From positions 8,370,001-8,434,000 of the forward strand of contig OZ024764.1 of NCBI GenBank assembly GCA_964016885.1: a DNA stretch of 64,000 bases. Reading direction: 5' to 3'. This document shows, piece by piece, positions 56,601-64,000 of the stretch. The stretch comes from Eledone cirrhosa. Its lineage: Eukaryota. The first letter of the stretch is position 1; every line of letters starts with the position of its first letter. Under the pieces are notes generated by a model. That model did no database searches, was not told where the DNA came from, and saw nothing but the letters and a program-made list of their open reading frames with translations. The translations under genes were made by a program, and so were the position numbers.

Positions 56601-56851
56601 ACACCCAATATATATCTCGACAGTCTATCGACTTTCGTCAAATCGAACCAAGAAAACAATGTTTCCATTGGTCTTTCCAGTTGCTAGCACTATCTATTGA
56701 TCGCAACTCCAGGTAGAAGGAACGTGAAATGGAATGTTTTGCTCAAGGACATAACGCCTCACCCGGTCTGGGAATCACACCTTAACGGTCCGAAATTCGC
56801 CGTTAAGGTGTGATTTCCATGGGTATGTCATTATTTATAAAACAAATTTTG

Positions 56852-56916
56852 TATTTTATCTGATGAAAGTGCACCAAGATTGGCTTGGTCGCCCTTGAAA
56901 TATATATAATAAAATA
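56852..56916 (+). ncRNA. Minimal type-I hammerhead ribozyme motif, family P2
   Basis: TATTTTAT-CTGATGA-AAGTGCACCAAG attgg CTTGGTCGCCCTT-GAAA-TATATATA-ATAAAATA; 8-bp perfect stem I. Confidence 0.75.
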
Positions 56917-57050
56917 AATATGGTTTTATAAATATAGTTTCCATTTACTATTATCTTGGAATATTTACTCCAGTAACTTGTTGAGTGCTCTATATCAGTT
57001 ATAATCATTTATGTTTGTCGGAATATTCCAACAAATTAAATACAACTCCT

Positions 57051-57091
<41 letters not shown>

Positions 57092-57330
57092 AAAATTAAA
57101 CAAGGTTCAATGAATACATCAAAGAATGAGTTTTACAATGACTGAATCTTAACCATCTACTATGTCAGGGTATGCCATGCATCACCTTATTTTATATGAT
57201 GAGGACGTACTGTTGAACTTAACTCAGTACCTCTGAAATATGTATAATAAAATATAACTGATCACAAGAATATCTATTTTGTTAATATTTTGAATTAATA
57301 TTTATATATATATATATATATAATTTTATG

Positions 57331-57678
57331 GAGGCACATGGCTTAGTGGTTAGAGCATTGCACTTGCAATCGAAAGGTTGTGAGTTCAATTCTCAGACCG
57401 GGTGATGTGTTGTTTCCTTGAGCAAGACACCTTATTTCATATTGCTCCAGTTTACTCAGCTGTAGAAATGAGATGATAGGGACTGGGGTCCCTATCATTC
57501 CACTGCAAAGTGGTCGTGGAGGTGCCACGGCAAAAAAAGCACCCAGCACTCACTGTAAATGAGGTTGGTGTTAGGAAGGGCATCCAGCTGTAGAAATCAA
57601 GCCAGAATCAGTTCCCGTCCCACCCTTGCAAGCAGGGAAAAAGCGGACGTAAAATGAAATGATGATGATGATGATGAT
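57331..57678 (+). mobile_element. Full-length tRNA-derived SINE with RTE-type 3' tail
   Basis: A-box TGGCTTAGTGG, B-box GTTCAATTC, internal hairpin ATGATAGGGAC/GTCCCTATCAT, RTE-like 3' segment and (GAT)n tail. Confidence 0.9.
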
Positions 57679-57989
57679 ATTGCCAGGAGTTAGTAATAAC
57701 AATAAATAGATCGATAGGAAAAATTGTTTCCTTGGTCCAATCTGACGAGTTCCACCCCATTCGGTAAGTGAAGGCAGGGATCTTGTCTATTGAACCCTAT
57801 CAACAGAAATTAAGATATAAAAAAAGGGATAATTGTCCATTTTTTTAGGTTTTATTGCTGTATTATGTACAAAGTCTCCATTATGGAGAAACAAACAGAC
57901 CATGATGACTGGTGACATATGACAACAGGGCTGGGTCACATGGAGGTATGGCCTATACTTAACATCCCGTACTTGGGTATTTAGTGTTT

Positions 57990-58920
57990 TCAACTAGCCC
58001 TACAAAGTGTGCCTGGTTGTCTAGCACCCTAGACTAGCCCTACAATGTGTGCCTGGTTGTTTAGCACTCTAGACTAGCCCTACAATGTGTGCCTGCTGGT
58101 TCTTTAGCACCCTAGACTAGCCCTACAATGTGTGCCTGCTGGTTCTTTAGCACCTAAGACTAGCCCTACAATGTGTGCCTGCTGGTTCTTTAGCACCTAA
58201 GACTAGCCCTACAATGTGTGCCTGCTGGTTCTTTAGCACCCTAGACTAGCCCTACAATGTGTGCCTGCTGGTTCTTTAGCACCCTAGACTAGCCCTACAA
58301 TGTGTGCCTGCTGGTTCTTTAGCACCCTAGACTAGCCCTACAATGTGTGCCTGCTGGTTCTTTAGCACCCTAGACTAGCCCTACAATGTGTGCCTGCTGG
58401 TTCTTTAGCACCCTAGACTAGCCCTACAATGTGTGCCTGCTGGTTCTTTAGCACCCTAGACTAGCCCTACAATGTGTGCCTGCTGGTTCTTTAGCACCTA
58501 AGACTAGCCCTACAATGTGTGCCCGGGCATTTAGCATTGCAGACTAGCTCTACAATATATGCCTGGGTATTTAGCGCTCTAGGCTAGCTTTATGTGTACC
58601 TGGGTATTTAGCACCCTAGACTAACTCTACAATGTGTACCTGGGTATTTAGCATCCTTGACTAACTCTACAATATGTACCTGGATATTTAGCATCCTAGA
58701 CAAACTCTACAATGTGTACCTGGGTATTTAGCATCCTTGACTAACTCTACAATATGTACCTGGGTATTTAGCATCCTTGACTAACTCTACAATATGTACC
58801 TGGGTATTTAGCATCCTAGACTAACTCTACAATATGTACCTGGGTATTTAGCATCCTAGACTAACTCTACAATATGTACCTGGGTATCTAAAGTGCTCTG
58901 GCTAGCTCTGCAATGTGAAC
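57990..58920 (-). repeat. 40/43-bp satellite, inverted relative of the 10.3-15.3 kb array
   Basis: GGGTATTTAGCATCCTAGACTAACTCTACAATATGTACCT is close to the reverse complement of the edge variants near 10460; a 43-bp variant is amplified at 58070-58510. Confidence 0.9.
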
Positions 58921-59439
58921 TCCCCCACCCCCCACCCCCACCCCCACTACCAACACCAACTAAAGGTTTGGCAAGCTGACAAACCCAGTATTTTCGCACT
59001 AAGAAAATTAACAATACTGAGCCTGCATTTCCCACTACACTGTCCACACCTCCACTGTGACAATACCAACCACATTTAGTATATATCCAATCTCTACATT
59101 TCAAAGTACAATAAAAATAGACACAACTACAGAAAAAAAAAATAAATAAAAAATAAAAAAAGGGGGGAGGACTAAAATAAAAAAATAAATTAAATAGGAT
59201 TTTGTCAATTAAATTTTGTTTTGTCTTGTTTTGTTTTTTCAAATGACAATTATAATTTTTTTTTTTAAAAGATATATATACGAGAAACATAAGAGGGGGA
59301 GTTGAAGTATGGAGGGGTTGTGATGGTGGTGGGGTGATGGTAGATGAGTCTAGGGCTCAGGAAGGGCCAAGGGTGACTGGCTGGAAGGAAGGGGAGGGCA
59401 CATGCACGAAGAACAACAACAACAACAGCGTTGACTACT

Positions 59440-59786
59440 TTAATCCTTTAACATTTAAACCGGCCATCCATACTGATGTTAAGGTATTGTTCTCAACACA
59501 AATAACATCAAAATCTCGTAGATTTGATATTATGTGAGCTAAAGCCTTTACTGTGAAAATACAATAGTATATATAATTGTTTCTACGTTTAGCACAAGGC
59601 CAGCAATTACCCAGTGCATTACTGGTACTTTATTTTATCGATCCTGTAAGGATGAAAGGCAAAGATAACCTCGCCGGGATTTGAACTCAGATCATAAAGG
59701 GCCGTCACTCTATGCTACAAAGCATGGTGTCCGACTCTCTACCGATACTGCCAATTCACCATATAGTGTAATTACTAAAGGGTTAA
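59440..59786 (+). mobile_element. Family M MITE (single unit, internally deleted) interrupted by a Nin-type SINE on the minus strand (59575-59760)
   Basis: TTAATCCTTTAACATTTA ... CTAAAGGG-TTAA. Confidence 0.8.
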
Positions 59787-59859
59787 GGACCACTTACGGT
59801 GATGCCATGCTGTATATACACACACACACATATATATATATATATACATACACACACAC

Positions 59860-60115
59860 AAAGAAAGTGTGGTAAGAAACCAGGTGGGCCATAATACACC
59901 AGAGTACTCGATACTTAGGGTAGTAGAGTGGGTAATAGGGAAAGAGCCAGGACCCCGACGGCTGAGCTCCGGCCATTTCGACAGCTAGATCAAAACTATG
60001 CCAGCGATATTAGGATGGTGGGAATCTAGCTGAACTTATCAAGCGGTACAGACCATATATGGCTGCTAAAACCGCCGGAGCCCAGCTCTTGGGGTGGGGT
60101 CTTGACTCTTTTCCT
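59860..60115. mobile_element. Family P3 element, longer and only partly palindromic variant
   Basis: Shares GTAGAGTGGGTAATAGG...GACCCCGACGGCTGAGCTC with the 30.4-kb copy. Confidence 0.65.
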
Positions 60116-60399
60116 ATATATATATATAATTTTCTACTAGCATTTCAAGGGGTCCGTTGAGCCGCAGATTACAGATTCGGGTACGATCGATACAGATCGC
60201 ACCTTGAGCTGATCAGTGGTGAAACACGTGTCGCCAACCAATAAATGTAATGAAGGAGTAACCAATCGTCCTTGTTATTTTATTTAACTATAATACACTG
60301 TATAGCCCTACACCTCGACACTGAAGTGAACCTAAACATCGAGTGCTCACCCGGGTGAACCTACAGTAACTCCCAGGATATATATATATATATATATAT

Positions 60400-61040
60400 A
60401 TACCACGCAGTAACACAACATGGTGCAACCAACTGGCCAGACGTCCCTCATAGTGGTATCACCCGGCCCCCAAATTATGGTTGCGCTGTAAGCAGGGTAC
60501 AGCACGGCCAACTGGCCTGTCCCTCCTACTCATAACAGTGCCATCCAGTTCCACACTGTAAACGTGCTTAGTGTTAAAAAGAGCAGCCAGCTGTAATAAA
60601 TCCCAGCCAAATTTAGTTCCGCCTGAGCAAAGTATGGCATGGCCAACTTACCAGACTTGTCTCGTGACGTGGGTGACACGTCTAACCCATGTGAGCATGG
60701 AAAATGGAGATTAAACAATGATGGTGATGAGGATTATGATGATATATATATATATATCATCATCATCATCGTTTAACGTCCATCTTCCACGCTTGCATGG
60801 GTTTGGACGGGAGTTTTCCCACTTGAGGCAAGATTGGTTGTCCTGCTCGTATAGGACTGTCTGGCAGTTTTCTACGACTGGATGCCCTTCCTAACACCAA
60901 CCACCTCCCAGTGTGGACTGGGAGGTTTTTACCGTGTTACCTACACGGCCTCATTACAGCGTGGACTGTGTTTTTTTGTCGTGACACCTACACAACCTCA
61001 TGTTTCGGACTGGATGTTGTGGTACCAACATAACTTCACA
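60400..61040. mobile_element. Tail-to-tail RTE 3'UTR fragments (+ 60400-60742; - 60757-61040)
   Basis: Both end in the AACCCATG...TGGAA terminal motif with GAT/CAT tails. Confidence 0.8.
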
Positions 61041-61304
61041 TTTAAGAGGGTGGTGTGGATATATATATATATATACACACACACAGAGCAACACTGGTTC
61101 ACAAACAGTGTCTTGAGTAACAAACAGGCAAGCCAGCAACAAAGCATCACTTGCTGTGTAGTTAGTTACTATGATGATACCTATCCGGCTTTCACAGTCT
61201 CTCTCAACATTCCATATGGGAAAAATAGTTTGGCTTTATGAACATTTTGGATGACGAATGACCTTCAGGAACGAATTAGGTTCATGAACTGTGTGTGTGA
61301 GTAT

Positions 61305-61346
<42 letters not shown>

Positions 61347-62117
61347 TGTGTGTATTAAAAGTTTAAGCAATAAATTAGTGCTTTCACCCTAAGAGGGATC
61401 TTCTAAAATTCATATAATTATGTATATATATATACATATATTATTAGACGGTTTTACGTATACATCCTGTTTATTATTTATATATATAATAAACAGAGGA
61501 CGTATATGTAAAGCCGTCTCTCTCCTTTATAATACTCACTCAGTCTTGATACCTTATAGGTAATGCCTTACCCACACCGTAGAGTGCTTACGTTTGCTTA
61601 CACGACAATCGGTTGATTAATTGAGCAACCGTTTCTTTACTTGGAATAATATATATCTATATATATATATATATACATACACACACTGCGTGTATTTTAT
61701 CAAGCACCAGAACTACCACTTTACAGAGTGTACAGAGTGTATTTCCTCAAATCACCCCATGTAAACAGGAGACATTCATCACACACACACACACACATAT
61801 TTATATATATATATATATATATATATTTATTAATATAACAGATTAAAGTTTAAGCGAAGAATCGCTGCTTTCACCCTTAACGGGATCTTCTGAAACTAAC
61901 AAAGTCGAGCCCTCTTTGGATTTTAGTCTTCAAATTTATTATTATTATATATATATATATATATAAACACGCATGTCATTTTCCCCCCCAATAACTTCCT
62001 TTAGTTATTGATGCACTGGAGCAAGACATATTGTCTTTAATGCGTAGACATGTCCGTGATCTCCAGCTGATGAAAGGGAAATTATCTCCCAGTCGTGCTT
62101 TCCTCCTATTTATAAAT

Positions 62118-62151
<34 letters not shown>

Positions 62152-62342
62152 GCTTGCTTCATTTTTTTGGCTTAGGTGGCCGATGGCTTATTGATCGCCA
62201 TCTCAGTTTGTTTGGCCCCTATAACCTATGTTTATTGCTCTGGTCTTTTTTTAGTCCATGGAGCGCTTGCCGCATAACTCGGATATTGCGTTTCGCTTTG
62301 TTTTCGACCACTGCCGAAATTCGATCTAGCTGAAATTATACT

Positions 62343-62410
<68 letters not shown>

Positions 62411-62601
62411 TTCACTCACGAGGGGAGCAAAAAAAGGCATTCTTTGGCTACAGGAAAAGGGAGGGAAGAAGATACTTTTGTTTAAAGGGGACTTTTTAAA
62501 AATATTTTTCGGAATAATTTTTTTGTCTCGCTTTCTAAACTTTTTATTCTATATCACAATCTTGTGAGTATATATATATATAAAGTTTTCAAACACACAT
62601 G

Positions 62602-62678
62602 TATTGGGTCGTCAAGTATGAAATTTGTAGAAATTTGTTGTTATTTTTGCTACAAATTTCATACTTGACGACCCAATA
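62602..62678. mobile_element. 73-bp mariner-type palindromic MITE with TA TSDs
   Basis: TA-TTGGGTCGTCAAGTATGAAATTTGTAG ... CTACAAATTTCATACTTGACGACCCAA-TA. Confidence 0.8.
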
Positions 62679-62909
62679 TATACATATATATGTACACGTA
62701 TTATTTTTTCCTAGACAGTAATCTTGTGAACAAATATCGTCCTACCTTGTATATATACATACGTACAGGTGTAAACACACGTATATAGTATATATACACA
62801 TTTATACATACACATTCAGTGGTGAAGAATGTTCCAGTAGTTTATCGAATGGAAATACTTGCTCCTAAATGTAAGTGGCTGAGCATTCCATGGGCACTCG
62901 TGTGTGTGG

Positions 62910-62977
<68 letters not shown>

Positions 62978-63001
62978 TCCCCATTTTTTGGGGACTCCCT
63001 G

Positions 63002-63034
<33 letters not shown>

Positions 63035-63403
63035 ATATATATATATATGTATGTATGTATGTATATACATGTCTCACAATGGGACAACTCGTCTAACCCA
63101 TGCTAGCATGGAAAATGAATGTTAAACAGCGACGGCAATGAAATATATATATACACACACACACACAGATATTTGTGTGTATGTATATATAGACACACAC
63201 ATATACATAAATAAAATATAAGTTAATGCAATGTTATGTTGCTGTTGTTGTTGTTGACAATAATGACCAAAAAGGGACTTATGATGTAACTCCCTCACAC
63301 CACCACCACCGATAGATCAACTGACCAACAGATCAATCAACCAATACCTAATCAAAGGACAACTGACCAAGCAACCCTAAAAAAAAACAAAAAAAACAAA
63401 AAA

Positions 63404-64000
63404 ACAAAGGACCGATCCCCTGAAGATGTCTTCCTGACCGATGGATGGCCAAATGGCCTCGGACCGGTGGGTGGAGAGGGTGAATAACAAGCCCGGGGCT
63501 AGGGTTGGAGAATGAGGTCAGTGCTGGTAGAAGTTCTGCAACTGGAATCCTACAAAGGACCGATCACCTGAAGATGTCTTACTGACCGCTGGATGGCCGG
63601 ACAGCCTCGGACCGGAGGGTGGGTGGGTGAATAACAGGCCTGGGGCCAGGGCTTGGGCACGAGATCAGTGCTGGTGGAAGTTCTGTAGATTCCTTACTGC
63701 CCGATGGATAGCCGGACGGCCCTAAACTGAGGGCAGTTTGGTAAAGGACAGGGCAGGGGAAGGACAATGAGGTCAGTGCTGGTAGAAGTTCTGTGACTGG
63801 AATCCTACAAAGGACTGATCACTTGAAGGTGACTTACTGACCGATAGAAGGCTGGACGGCCCTAAAATCAGGGCGGTGGGTGAGTAAGTGGGGGGTGGGG
63901 GGTGGGACGATGAGATCAGTGCTGGTAGAAGTTCTGTGACTGGAATCCTACAAAGGACTGATCACTTGAAGGTGACTTACTGACCGATAGATAGCTAGAT
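63404..64000. repeat. GC-rich diverged tandem repeat, unit about 105-150 bp, at least 4.5 copies, running off the window
   Basis: GAG(G/A)TCAGTGCTGGT(A/G)GAAGTTCTG at about 63514, 63661, 63769 and 63911. Confidence 0.85.

Noticed and set aside
57331-57410. tRNA gene
   Set aside because: A and B boxes are present but there is no full cloverleaf, and it continues into a SINE body and LINE tail.
62060-62100. Hammerhead start CTGATGA-AAGGGA...TCCC
   Set aside because: No GAAA or stem III follows; at best a deleted remnant.
63511-63660. Box C/D snoRNA or HDV-like ribozyme reading of the GC-rich repeat
   Set aside because: The C box is non-canonical and I recognise no guide target; HDV P2/P3 elements could not be built.

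Overview
This is eukaryotic DNA, very AT-rich and almost entirely repeats. The (AT/AC)n tracts, RTE and CR1 LINEs and SINE types suggest an octopod cephalopod (inference). I can support one host gene, on the + strand: a secreted protein of about 193 aa with two peritrophin-A/CBM14 chitin-binding domains. Its 25-nt first coding exon (24568-24592) is missed by the ORF track and lies 23.9 kb upstream of exons 2-3 (48493-48855, 49803-49996). The rest is CR1-like and RTE LINE copies, two SINE families, piggyBac-type (TTAA) MITEs, a DD37D Tc1/mariner remnant, fragments resembling Penelope pseudo-LTRs, and many micro- and minisatellites. Main points of interest: (i) several minimal type-I hammerhead ribozyme motifs, one of them sense inside intron 1, plus a weaker HDV-like candidate; (ii) repeated birth of tandem arrays from internal segments of transposable elements (TEs), with monomer, dimer and amplified states visible in the same window. 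All coordinates and copy counts were read by eye, so TE boundaries are approximate.
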